From Callorhinchus milii (Eukaryota): DNA of 64,000 nt. The notes under the pieces were generated by a model that was not told the origin of the DNA, searched no databases, and worked only from the letters and a program-made list of their open reading frames with translations. The DNA lies in contig NW_024704743.1 in NCBI RefSeq assembly GCF_018977255.1, forward strand, positions 39,992,001 to 40,056,000. Direction: 5' to 3'. Positions 39,931 through 52,907 of this stretch are shown piece by piece (the stretch's first letter is position 1; every line of letters starts with the position of its first letter). Both the position numbers and the translations under genes were made by a program.

Positions 39931-40289
39931 TTTTGTGGAATTACAAGTAAGTTCTGTAACTTTACTGGTCAGTGGAATTTCATCTCCTTTGTGTCTACTG
40001 CTGCAGAAATAATTGCATGGAGGGAGCATACTGAGAGTTGTAGGTAAAGGCTTGATAAGGTTAATAGCAGCAAAATATCGGATGTGAATCACCCAGGATG
40101 AATGCTCAGTAGGGAAACCATTGAGTTGGAAAAGTTATCAGGAGGTTAATAGCCCTGGAGGATAATAGAAACTATAAGTGAGATGGAGAAAGTGGATCAG
40201 GGTTCAGACACAAGTCAGCGGCAATGAGATTAGTGGAGCGATGGGGAGGTCATATATAGATCTGGCAGTGATCAAATCCCGAGTCAGGT

Positions 40290-40672
40290 CTTTGAACTCA
40301 CATAATCTAGGATGGCACTTAAATACAGTAATGGGGATGCACTACATTGTCAGAGATGCCATCCTTTGTATGAGATGTAAAAACAGAGGACATATCTGTC
40401 TGTTCAGGTGAAATTAAAGTTCTTATAGCACTACTCGAAAAGGGATGCGAGTTTTTCCTGGTGTCCTTGCTAACAATCCCCCCGAGATACAATTGATCAT
40501 TGACTTCACAGCTGTTTGTAGGGCATTGCTGTGTGCAAATTGGCTGGTTTGTTAATGTATGAAATCCACAGTGACTGCACTTCATAGTAAACCTTTGAAC
40601 CGCTTTGAGACTTCCTCCTGATGTAAAAGACACTATATGAAATGCAAGGATTATTATATTAGTTTATTATTA
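40290..40672 (+). mobile_element. DeuSINE-like element, family B, head missing
   Basis: tctgtctgttcaggtgaaattaaag; gggcattgctgtgtgcaaattggctg; tail aatgcaaggattatta. Confidence 0.78.
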
Positions 40673-41264
40673 TTAATGATTAATGTGATTGTTTAATGAC
40701 TAAAACCATCAGCTGTCAGGAAATAAACTCAGTAGAGAATAGACTTGGGTAGGTGTAACAAATACAAGATTGGATTAACCATGGATCGGGATATATTACT
40801 GCATTTATGTCTGCTACACACATCAATTTAAAAGCATCTTTATCATACTGCAAAACACCTCCATGCATGGATGAGCTGAAATGATCGGAATGGATTTAGT
40901 GAGTTATTTTAGGACATTAAATATATGCTTGCTAGTATAAAATCCTTGAACTTAATTTGTTTCAGTTTAAATGACTGAAGCTGGAAATTGTTGGATTAGA
41001 GGGCAGGACCAGATACAAAGAGAAAAAGAAAAATAGCAAATGCCTCAAATTTAAACTATTAAATGATGAAAATATGCAGTCGATCAGTTATTGTAACTGA
41101 AAGAGAAAGACAGATTAGCATTTTGAGTTTGACATGTCATCAGAAATGGAATGGTTGAGAGAAGACTCAATACACTTCAATATAATGATACCAGGTACAG
41201 TATTTCAATCGGGCGATACTGGGGTTGAAACAATAAACATATGAAGAAGGGCTGGCTAAGTTTA

Positions 41265-41570
41265 TCTATTTTTACTTGAGCAGAGGTGGCTGAGAAGGGA
41301 TATGATAGATGTGTTTAAGATACTGAAGGGACATGAAAAGGTAGAGAGGGAAAAAATGATATCCTTTAATAAGGGGAATCAGTGACAAGACAACATAGAC
41401 TTTGGTTTATTTGAAAAAATAGGGGAGAGGTTAGGAAGAATTTCTTCTCTCATAGGCTTTGGAATTGATCATCAGCAGTAGCTATCCAGGCTGGATCAAT
41501 AGAACCCTTCAAAAGGGAACTAGAAAAGCACATAGAGTGTAAAAACGGTAAGGGATGTGGGGAGAGAACT
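41265..41570 (+). mobile_element. Decayed CR1 3' fragment
   Basis: gagaagggatatgatagatgtgtttaagatactgaaggga corresponds to the RGDMI.VFKILKG motif. Confidence 0.7.
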
Positions 41571-42559
41571 GACAAGTAATATTAATAAAAACAAAATCAC
41601 AATTTCCAAAGGACAAAGTGTGGATGTGATCTTGGGACTTATAAGTATTATAATTCAGGTGGGGGTTGAGTTGACTCTGAGATTCATTGTCATCCTGGTT
41701 ATGACAGGCGCAGCATTTGCTCCACAGGGCACCATGCAAAACTCGATTCCAGGGCCACTACAGGTTGCCAACAGGTCCCCAGACAACCAAACTTCTGCTC
41801 TGGTGCCACAGCTAAATGCTAAAGGGCAGATGATGTGCGCCCAGAGCGACCACGGATTAGCTGTGGACAAGTGTTTATTAGGCACACCCCTCCCTGCCCC
41901 CAACAGGCTAGGTTGATGGGGAGGTGGTTTCAATAGATTTCACGATGGCTCCTTTGTTGCCTCGGAACCACATGCAATTGCATGGGTTGCATTTGGTTAA
42001 TGCTGCCTGTGAGTTATGATACAACAAGAATCTTGTTGCCATTTTAGCTAAAGAAAAGGGAGAGAAACTGTGAGCATGAAAACGTTTCCTAAATAAGCAA
42101 TCTTGTTCGAACTCTCTGTACGTTTTCACCCACAAAGTGAAGCACTTTGAGACTTCTCAACAATGAAATAAGACGCTATATCGAATGCAAAGATTATTAT
42201 TATGCTGGGCCCAACTGTCTCACATAGAGAGGGTGTTCATGGCAATAAAGAAACACATTTTATATTTGCTGCCATTACCAATGGTGGGAGTGGTGGATGA
42301 GTGAATCAAAGCATTGCGAGAGATTCAATTTCTCTGAAAAAGCAGACAGCAAAGAGGAGGAGACAATGTGTCTGCTACTGAAATCAATTTGTAGTGATGG
42401 AAATATGGGAAGGCATGTCAAATAGAGGTGGTATGTGACGGTGGTAAAATTCAGTTAAGGAAATGAGTGCAATGTAATAGGTCTTTAGTCTGAAGTTAAG
42501 CAAACCGATACCATCATGCATATACAATTAAACTCCTCACCCCAAAGGAAATAGCTTAA

Positions 42560-42946
42560 ATAATACTAATAATAATCCTTGCATTTGATATAGTGCCTTA
42601 TCACATCTTCAAGACGTCTAAAAGCATTTTGTAGAATATATTGTAAAGTGAATTGACTGTATATTTTGTAGGCAAAATGTGGCAGCCAATTGCGCACTGC
42701 AGTGTCCCACAAACAGTCGTGGATTGAGTGACCAAATAATTTAATTTATTTTAAAGCAATTATTACCCCTGGAAGAGCGATCTGCCAATCAACTAACAAC
42801 CGGTTTCCTACTTACTGCTAGATAAATAGAGGTGTGTGGAATAAAGAAACTTGCCCAACATTTTGCCCTACCCAGGAATCAAACCAAGGTCTATTGCTTG
42901 TGAGGTGAGTACTCTAACCACTGAGCGACAGGAGCTACAGGACTCC
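42560..42946 (-). mobile_element. tRNA-derived SINE, family A long form
   Basis: Full-length head, extra central segment, Deu-like segment and tail. Confidence 0.88.
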
Positions 42947-43729
42947 TTATCAGAATTGACTTGTTATCCAAGTGTAGTATCACAAAAGCACAAAGTACTT
43001 GAATCAGAGCACAAAAAAGTTTCTAAATTTCTTTAAGATTTTTATTCAAAATAGTCGCATAAGTCTTATAGACATTTACAGTGGTTCCTACATGAATGCA
43101 AAAACTGAATTGTTTACCCTAACTGTGTAGATACATAAACTGCAAGCAAGCTGATAACACAATGCATAGCACAAATGACTACCGACACAAAAATACTATC
43201 TGAACTCTGTAACTGATCAGATGTATGAAACTGAAGCATAACCCAAACAGGATCACAGGATAGTGAACCTTTTACCTGCGTATCACACTGCATGGGTGGA
43301 TGAAGTTAGTGGATGGAGGAAGATGGGGAAGCTCAGTGTGCCTGAGACAAATGCCTTCTCACACATTTTAAAAATTCCTGAATCGCTTTGAAGACCAAAT
43401 AAAATTCTGAGTTGTCAGAGGTATGTAAAATGGAAACATTGTCTTAAAAATGCAAAAACCTGAGTAATTACAAGATATCCAGATATCCAGTGTGACTAGT
43501 TATTAGAAAATCATAATTCACATTCTTTTTGGGAAACGACTGGAATATTGAGTGAGTAACTAGCGGGTTGATCGCTTATTCTAGGAGCAAGTTATCAGAA
43601 TTTGACTATATATACTTTACAAATGGATAAAATTAATAAATAAGACAAAAATACAAAAAGATTTGCATCTGGCTCAGCTTTTCACCTGTACATGAGTCTT
43701 TTCAAATGTTTTCATTTAAAGAGGACGGA

Positions 43730-44200
43730 TGCTATGAAAATAAATACACTGTAAATGGTGAAGTTCTGAATGGCGCTGAGCAGCAAAGAGCGTTAGTGGC
43801 ACAGATACATAGAGCTTTCAGATGGGAATTCAGGCAGAGAAATCCATAAGAAAAAGACAAATGGGTTTCTGTGATTTGTATATAGGGGCGTTTAACGATA
43901 AAGGGGGAAATTATGCAAGACATTGACCAAGCTACAGTTGGAATACAGTACTGTATGAATAAAAATGTGGGACCCCATTGCAGAAAGGTCATCAGAGCCA
44001 TGGAAAAAGTATAGCATAGGTTCACAAGCATGAGAAATTACAATTATGAGAATTGGCTTAGAAAATTGGAGGGGTTCATTTGATCAGAGAAAGTTAAGAG
44101 AGATTCTAACAGAAGTTCTTCAAAGTTCTGAAAGCTTTTAAGAGATCAAATAGTTATCGATTTTGCTTGTTGAATGGTAAAATGGTAACACGAAAGCATA
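43730..44200 (+). mobile_element. Decayed CR1 ORF2 fragment
   Basis: Remnants of Y.VNG..L, QLEY.V..W.P and RLR.DL.EVFK motifs. Confidence 0.65.
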
Positions 44201-44247
44201 CACTAGACAAAAAGGGAAATGGCTAAGCATTTCAAGAGAAACAATAG

Positions 44248-44486
44248 GAGAGAAATTCCACCAATTCTAGATTTACTCTCTTGATGCAACATTTAAGAGA
44301 GTCATGAATTTGGCGAAATCATTGAACTCAATCTCAAGTTTTAAGTTATCTTTCTGTAGATCCTAAACTAAATTGGCAGAAAAATGGCTTCAAGATTAAG
44401 GTTGAATTTGAGAATTTGCCAAATTGGAATGCTCTGAAATGCAATTATAAATAGAGTAAATCTGGACTGGGGTAGATTTCTTTCTC
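44248..44486. mobile_element. Fold-back MITE-like palindrome, same family as 4728-4936 and 9021-9249
   Basis: Left arm gagagaaattccacc..ctagatttactct.. mirrors right arm ..agagtaaatctggactggggtagatttctttctc along its whole length. Confidence 0.65.
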
Positions 44487-46314
44487 AAACATGTACAGGG
44501 GCAAAAAAGATGTGAAGTTGAATTTGTTTATATAGCTCGAGTGACAAAACTAGCACCAGCTATTAATATCTATGATTTTGTGCCCTGTACAAACATGAAC
44601 ATTACAGATGTGAAGAAGCACATGTAGGAATCAGTTGACAACACATTGTTATGTTCCACTGTTAAAAATGTATGAAGAAAATGTAATTGTTGATAGGAAT
44701 CATGTTTATATTTCAATTACCAAGGATAGGGAAACACATGCTGATGAAGAGATGTGAAAGTGAATACATTGAGTGCATTTAGATAATTACTTGTATTTTC
44801 TGCATTGTTACAACTGTAATTATGGTATTAACATTAATTAATATTTCATTTGCACTGAAGTATTGAAATGTGGTCATGTATTACACCTCAGCAGCAATGG
44901 ATAATCTGGAAAACAAACACAAAATAATGGACACCCAAGAGTGATCACAAGCTAATAATGTGGAGAACCTGAGCGCTCAATGACATTTTATATCACAAGG
45001 GTGAACTTTAAGGGGCTCATAACAATCATTTGAATGCCAAGATTACATTAATGTCTTCAAATCATTCCCGTACCACACAGGTATTGCTTGTTATTCAGTT
45101 TAGCGTGAGATTTGTGCTGACAGTACCTGTTGGTGTGCCGTGTAACTGTCAGTATGATTCATCTCATTTTGAAAGGCGAGATTCACGCTGGAGGGTTAAC
45201 ACCACAGCAGGTTTATTGAAAAATCCCTGAGTTTAAAGATCAGAAAATTCTAATATCTATTCATTTTGATGCCGATTTGTTGAGTGTTATTCAAATAATG
45301 GGGAGGAGTGAAAAAATGCAACTTGATGTGCAAATTCAACAGGGTGATAATTATCACATTTTTGAGAATTGTGGCAACAAAGACCAGTCAATAACTGACG
45401 AGCTTGACATCACCTATAACCAGTTCATAGAATAGCAGATAAAAGTTGAGATAAACATGCCAAATAAGAGATTAAATGGAGCGTATAAAGAGCACTACAA
45501 ATGTGGGTCTGCAAATACCAGTCAGACCTGTTCCTTTCAATCAGTGGTCTAACAGATCAAGAATAAGAGCTACCAAAGTGTAGTCATTTCACGAGATCAG
45601 CAACATTCTGCTCAAACACTGAAACTGCAAATTGACTCCAAAAACTGTGCAAGCATTTGCAAGGCTAATAGTTTTGAATCTTGGGAACTGACACCCTTTC
45701 AGTACATATCAAATTGTAAAAATACTGTTGGGAAGATAGAAAAACACACAACCATTCCAAATAAGCTACATATCACTTGAGACATCTGCTTGCTCAGATC
45801 TGAAATCGGCAGTCATAGTCAATGTACACATGTTTCTGCATGTAGGTGAAGAATCTTGAGATTTTGGAAAAATAGTACATTTTCAAATTATTTTATATAC
45901 TGATCATCTGTTTAAAAAATAGCAGATCCTGGCAGGTACATTGCCTACTGGGGCACCTCACTAATATGGCTTTTCTGACACAGGAAATGCACAGAGGGAA
46001 TTCACTGATTCATTAAGTTTTGTTCTCTGTTTATCAAAGATATTATTATTATTTTCCCTGCTCATTTGCACCATCCACTAGAAGTTGTTAATTTAATTTC
46101 AAAATCGGATTAGGTTCCGGAGTTCATTTCAACACTTTTTGTGCAGGACAAAAAGAATGGTAATTGTCTTCCCAACAAGCTCTGTCCTCACCACTATAGG
46201 ATACTGCTTGATCATTTACACAGTGAAAACTTAGGAGTGCTTTGTAATTTTAGATACGGTTATTCATGAATGTAGATCAGCTAGTAAAATAATTCCATGA
46301 AATCACTCTATATA

Positions 46315-46900
46315 ATAGAAACATAGAATTAGGAGTAGGCTGTTCAACCCCTCGCGCCTGTTCCATTATTCTATAAGATCATGGCTAATCTGTACCTCAA
46401 ATCCAATTACCAGCCCTTACACCGCTTTCCTTAATACCCTGCCCTAACAAATATCTATCCACCTCAGTATTGAAGATGTGAATGGATCCAGCATCCACAG
46501 CCTTTTGGGGGAGAGAATTCCAAATTTCCACTACCCTTTGGGTGAAAATCTGCCTCCTGATTTCACTCCTAAATGGCCTAGCTCTAATTTTAAGATTATG
46601 CCTCCTTGTTCTAGATTCCTCCACCAGAGGAAATAGTTTCTCTGCATCTATCCTATGGAATCCCTTTATTATTTTAAAAACCTCAGTCAGATCATGCCTC
46701 AACTATCTAAACTCAAGGGAATAGAGACCAAGTTTATGCAACCTGTCCTTATAAGTTAACCCTTTAGCCGTGATATCATTCTGGTGAATATGTGCTGCAT
46801 CCACTTCAGAGTCAATATGTCCTTCTTCAGGTGCATTGCCCAAAACTGAATGCGGTACTCCAGATGAGGTCTGACCAAGGTTCTATTTAATTGAAGCATC
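46315..46900 (-). mobile_element. CR1-clade LINE 3' fragment
   Basis: DLTEVFKIIKGFHRIDAEKLFPL..SRTRRHNLKI..FTQRVVEIWNSLPQKAV is the CR1 ORF2 C-terminus; atagaaacatagaa tail. Confidence 0.9.
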
Positions 46901-47529
46901 ATTTCTTCAACTATATGATAAGTAGTTCAATGTAATTCCATGTTGCTCTGCTCCTTTTATATTGTACCATTTGTGTGCCAGCTGCTTATGATTTTCTTTG
47001 ATTTTGCCTTGTACAACCAAGTGCCCTGGGGGTCTATAGATGTACACAACAGGAGAATAGCAATTACATTATTATAGTTGCACTAAAATGCTAATGGTTA
47101 ATTAAGTGATAAATTACTACCCCAATACAATGAATAATTGATTACCAGTGACCCTGTAATCTAGCTAGTACAGCATCAGCTTTCAACACAGAGAGCTGTT
47201 TGTTGTTTTCTACTGAATTAACATTTGTGGTGTGCTCACCTTAGGTAGGGGTGAGGATGTTGGGTTAAACACTGTGCAGTATTGGTGACATTCACAGAGT
47301 AAACCAGTGATCACTTAGCAAGGAGGAGGTAAGTGCCACTCATGTCCTCTCTTCAATCTCAGGTGGGTTGTCGAACTATAGCATTAACATTAGAGTACTT
47401 TAAACAATTTGTCTCCATATATATATAGCTGTGCCTCCAGATCAGGGCTTGAATGAGCATAAACTTTGTGTAACTGAATGTCAACAAGACAGAAGCCATA
47501 CTCCTTAGGTCCTGTTAATGAGTTCTGTC

Positions 47530-47868
47530 CTGTGGCTCTGAACTTCTCAACCTCCCTGGCCTATCTCTCACACTCACCGAGCCAGTGTTCAATCAAGATT
47601 TGACCCACAGCTGTCCTTCCTTCCCCACATCCGGTCCCTGACTAGGACCTCCTTCCACCACCACACTGCCAGTCTCCAACCGAACCTTACCCAATACACA
47701 GCCGAAACATTTGTCCATGCATTCGACGTTCGTCACCTCCCAGCTCGACTTCTGAAATGTCCTATTTGCTGGTCTCCCCAGCTCCTCCACAAGATCCAGC
47801 TGATCCAAACCTCCGCCACCAGCATACTCACCCATACTAAACTCCCTACCCCCATTACACCTGTTCTG
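47530..47868 (+). mobile_element. Decayed L2 ORF2 fragment
   Basis: tttgacccacagctgtccttcctt and gtcacctcccagctcgacttctg resemble 20845-21100. Confidence 0.7.
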
Positions 47869-48257
47869 ATGGGGCGGAGGACAAAAAGTTTTAGTTAAAA
47901 TTTCGATTAATTTTCCTATTGATAAAATATACTGATGTGAAATGGGTTCTGTTTTGAGGCAAAATAAAAGTTTCTAGTGCAAACTCAAATCTAGGTTTAT
48001 TGCCATCTGCTGTGTAATTTGATCAAATCTGTGTATGGATCTGTGTGCGAAGGATGTTTAGAGTCTTTTCACCATAAAAATTTTGATATTGACAGTGTAA
48101 AGTCAGACATTATCAAGCACACTCTCAAGCTCATAAGGAAACACCTTTTGGACACACGTTTTTACACTAGAATACATTTTTTTTCAGTATATTGTAAATG
48201 AGAGGTACATAAAGGATGTGTAAATTTCTTGAATATAAATTTTAATACATGACTGAA

Positions 48258-48566
48258 TAATAATAATAATCCTTGCATTTGATATAGCGCTTTTCACGTC
48301 GGGAGGACGTCCCAAAGCGCTTCACAGAACACACTGTAAAGTGAATTGACTGTATATTTGTGGGCGAACGCGGCAGCCAATTGCGCACAGCAATGTCCCA
48401 CAAACAGTCGTAGATTGAAAATGACCAATTTATTATTGTTTTTGGAGGGATTATTATTAGGCGTGTGGAGTAAGGAAACTTGCCCAAGGTTTTGCCCTCT
48501 GCCTGGAATTGAACTCAGGTCTCTCGTTTGCAAAGCGAGTGCTCTAACCACTGAGCTACAGGACTC
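48258..48566 (-). mobile_element. tRNA-derived SINE, family A short form; young-looking full-length copy
   Basis: Head GAGTCCTGTAGCTCAGTGGTTAGAGCAC (A box) ... GAGTTCAATTCC (B box); Deu-like GTGGGACATTGCTGTGCGCAATTGGCTGCCGCGTT; L2-type tail with (ATT)n. CpGs retained; possible short TSD (c)tgaa. Confidence 0.9.
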
Positions 48567-51500
48567 TGAAGAAGATAGCTTAATACAGAGGGTCAGGATG
48601 ATACCCTCATAAATCAGCCACAACATGAACCAGATCCACAATAAAATGTTCTGTGTTTTAAACTAACATACCCTAACCCCAGCCTCCTAACAGCTTCCTT
48701 AACTGCACTGACTTTTCCATTAGCCAGACTGGCAAAATTAAATGCGATACTGTCCACTCAATTAAACTTGGATTATTGCTGGTTTTGCTCTGTGCACATA
48801 TGTTCTCTTCTGAAAGGCGCTATACAAGTGTAAATAGTATTGCATTTTGCAGGATCCGTGTTTTGACTGATCAAATCCATGCAACACTGGTATTATGAAT
48901 GGGATGCTGGTTAGATTTCCCATTCAAGGTGTCAGCGAACAGAGATTCATGATGCTGCAGGAAGAAAAATTCTGCACAAAATATCTGCCCCAAGGTTACT
49001 AGTAACCAGTATATAAACTGAATAACAAGAAGAAACCAAGCTGATATCCTGCTCTATTCTTTCATTGTGCACTTCTAATGGGATTTCTCATTATAACAGC
49101 ACACTGAAACATTCATCTTACTTAGTGAATGGAGCAGAAAAAGGCCCTTAGAGAAACCAATAAAATGAACAGATAAGTGTCTTTTTTTACATTTAGGATT
49201 AGCAATTCAGTAGAATCCACTTCCCTTTTAACAATAAATTGATTTATTTTGCGGAGGTGCAAATTGCTCCTTCAACTACCCCCAGTGGGTGGCTTAAAGA
49301 GCATAGGAAAATAGGAGAACAGGAGGAAGCACAACAAACATATTCCACTCTGCTAGTAATCACAGGATTGGTTTGGATGAAAAAGTCCCTTGACCCATCT
49401 GATCTGGATACAGTTCAATATCCTAGCCTCAACCCTCCTGACAACTTATTCCAGTTCTTAATTAGATGTTGGTAGATCGTTTAATCACAATTTCCCACCT
49501 CTTCAGCAAACCCCTCAATACCTCTACCTCCCAAGTACAGTAGAACTAATTCTGTTTTGAACATTCCCATTGATTCTGCCTCTACAGCTTTCAGGGAAAG
49601 AGGATTCCACTTCTTCACAACCCTCTGTGTGACTTTAGGTGTCAGAACCTACATTTATACTGCACATTTCATGGTGAATCACTACCCAAACTGCAGGGCA
49701 TCAAACACATTCTAATTATTAATGGGGCACAGATCACCGACAAGAGTGAAGCAAGTTTCCAACCTGTGATCCAAATGCAAAGCAAGCAATAGCTTGTCTC
49801 TTGATCTGGTCTGTTCTAAGTTATGAAACAATGCTTTGATATAAAAGCTAACCACATTGGAGATAACTTTGTTGGTGATATGCTATAGGCATTTTCACAT
49901 GCACCACAGCATCTAGCGATAGAGCTGCTTAAATACAAGCTGCAAAGGAAAATGTAGTACAGTGCTCAGGAATACAAATGATGTAAACAGGTTAATCCAA
50001 GTAAATCCAGATTAGTTTTGGATGAATGCGTTGCACCTTGCCAATTAAATCCACCGTGCTTCACAATGAAAGAAATATTGACAATTCTTATCCCAATTCT
50101 CATCAGTAGTTAGACAGAATTCACAACAATAGAAAATGCTCGTGAAATGAACTGGAACCAAACTAATGGAATAGGTAAGTTATCATGAAAGAGCATTTAG
50201 GTCTGAAAAAAACAGTTGTGTGTTGTTTCTTTTTTTCTTGTTGACAGGACATCACAAATTGAAAATGGATTGTAAGTGTGTGATTGACTAAAACTCCTCT
50301 GACGTTGAAAACGTTATTCTAAAACACTGGTAAAATGTTTATTTTAGACTTCAGAAGTGTTTGAAATAAATTTAACTGCTAACGGCAGAATGCTTTGCCC
50401 TAGTGCATTGAAACAAAAATGGAAACTGGATGGATCAGAAAGGCAAATGCAATGCAATCTCCTCTCTGAAAACTGCTGTAATTTATAGTGAACATGAATC
50501 TATTGCAAGATCAACCCCTTTCTAAAATAAGTATATCTAGTGGAAAAAGGAAATGTCAATTCTCTGCAGTTCCAACCCTTTACAAAATTACCCAAAACAC
50601 CAGTACTAAATTGAACAAACCTGTTTTTTTTAATCCAATTTAAATTATTATACACATCGATAAGGTCCCTCTGAGATGTCTCCTTTCAAGGTTGAACATT
50701 CTATGTAACCATCCTTGCACCTTGTCACAGACAGGTTGCACAAAGGGTACCCCATGAAATATTGATTATTGACAATTAATTTGGTATCAAAATCTATCTC
50801 GGGGAATTGTAGCCCATTTTATTCTAGAATTTATAATCCCACGTGAAACTGGTTTAACTACCATTGAACCATCGGTAAATTGAGAGCAACTTTGCAAATA
50901 AAATCTACGCTTAGATCAGAACCTCGCCAAAACCACAAGTCAAATAAGCTGTTTATAAATCATGAACAACTTAAATTGTAATTTGAGTAATTCCAGCTAA
51001 ATAAAATTAAGTATAAAATCTCACAAAAGGAATTCAATTCTAAAAGTGCTGCTGACTCCATGTGAAAAATGTTTTAATGTCTTAATCTTCCTTGGAATGC
51101 TGAGTATTAAATACTAAATAACTGGAAGAACGCACATTTTATGTTTGGATTAGATTACAATTTTGAATTAAAATTGAGTGCTTGGATCAGGAGATTTGTC
51201 TGAGAGCATTTAATCGGAAGAGGATTAGTATTTTTAAATGGTATGTTTGAAGCAGGTGCGAAATGACCTGCAGTTCGATATATATCATGCTGACTACGTC
51301 ATCAAATTGGGTCTGGCCATTTGATAATGACTTCCTAAGCATTTTGACTCTGAAATATCATTCTTCATCATCAAAGATGGCACACTAAAAAAAACCTTAT
51401 GTTTGAAATAGTGTCTTTCACCTCATGAGGATTTCTCAAAAAGCTTCACAGCTACTGTTGAGTGATTGTGTACCATGAGGACATATGATAGCATCTCAGA

Positions 51501-51964
51501 GTTTCTTGTGATAATACTTGGGAAATAATTAGATTGAGAATCAATTTGAGCTTTTCACAAACAGTTTTTAATTTTGTTTTGGTCAGCTGGATGTCTGACA
51601 CATGGAGAAACTTATTGCCGTGCTCCAGACCAAACTACTGGGAGTTCCACACATGTTTTTCATCTGCCTTGACTGGAATGTGCATTCTCTCTTTGTTTTT
51701 TCCTATTCCAGAGCATTTAGGTGAAGGTTGGCAAGTGCCAATGCTTTGGAACCCCAGAATGGGCCCTGATATACTGCTGGAGTTTAATCAATCAGTTAAA
51801 ACTGCAAAACTTACGACTGCAGAGCACACTCCAGCAAAGTTAGTTGGAGATGACGCTAAGAATGAATTATGCAGAAACCTATTAAAATGTTTGACAAGCA
51901 TCAATTGCATTTCAGTTGAAGGTCACATATATGTCATGACAGTATGACAAAACTAATATCTTAC

Positions 51965-52186
51965 CTTGCCAACATACTGAGCTTCTGGTCCTATGTGTTC
52001 TTCTAAAACAAAGAATTGGTTCCAGACCCAGCCTCGTTTCGGACGATGATGAACTTCTTTCTTTCCCTCCAAGTGCTTACTTTGATTTTTTGCCACCTTT
52101 AAAGTGTTCTGGAGGGACGTTGTTAAACCAACTAAACAAAAGCAGACAAACACCGGGCACAAGGAAGTGGTGAATGTAAGTTTCAT
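51965..52186 (-). CDS. CDH18: Type II cadherin (cadherin-18-like), first coding exon: signal peptide, short prodomain, furin site, start of EC1
   Basis: Translates as [20 protein letters not shown]...[46 protein letters not shown] is the convertase site and GWVW carries the type II Trp2/Trp4. The N-terminus and EVHHRPKR closely resemble CDH18 as I recall it. Phase-0 donor AAG|GTAAG, intron starting at 51964. Confidence 0.93.
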
Positions 52187-52429
52187 TGTGAGAATAAGTC
52201 TGGTTTCAGTGAAGTTCCTTTAATTTTTCCAAATGCTCTTTTAAAGTGCAACAGAGGCACCGATATATCCACTATCAGAAGGCAATCCAAGGAAACCTTG
52301 ATGGTTCCATGACTGGACTACCCACTAGGGAGAACGTCAGACTTTGTTCACATCATGGAAAAGCCTTAGCAACCTGGATGTATGTTCTGTCGATCTCATC
52401 AATTCTTCCTGTGGCTTAACATGTTAGAC
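52187..52429 (-). other. CDH18: 5'UTR portion of the first coding exon of CDH18
   Basis: Pyrimidine tract and acceptor on the minus strand (TTTCTTCTTGTCTTCACAATAG|GTCTAAC), AG at 52431-52430. The boundary is inferred from splice consensus only. Start context is CACAATGA (A at -3). Confidence 0.7.
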
Positions 52430-52907
52430 CTATTGTGAAGACAAGAAGAAATCAATCAATCATTACAATATAAAAGATGTGTATTGACTAAGTAAATTGG
52501 CACATCAGAAAAGTATCTACATATTCACTATTTTAGCCAGTACAATACCTGAAAACAGATTGCAATGCCCTTTCCTAATGCAGGAAATTAGGTATTATCA
52601 TAACCTTTAATCAATCATAAAGGAAAAAAGGGGGGGAAGGGAATGATACATACAAAGAATCTGGGCAAAATTAAACATTAAACTGAAGCGCCACAGCAGA
52701 ATTCAGACACTAAGGAGCAAGATTTGACTTTTGTCATCACCACTGATCATTAAGCAATTGGAGATTCCACAAGTAGCGGAAGTGGAATCTGTTCGTAGGT
52801 GATAGATAAAGTCCATAATATCCCATGAATTTGTTGGCTCACTGCATTACAAAGTGTCAACTTCTGGGTCATCAGGTTGTTACAGGAAGTGTCTTTGGCA
52901 GTAACCT

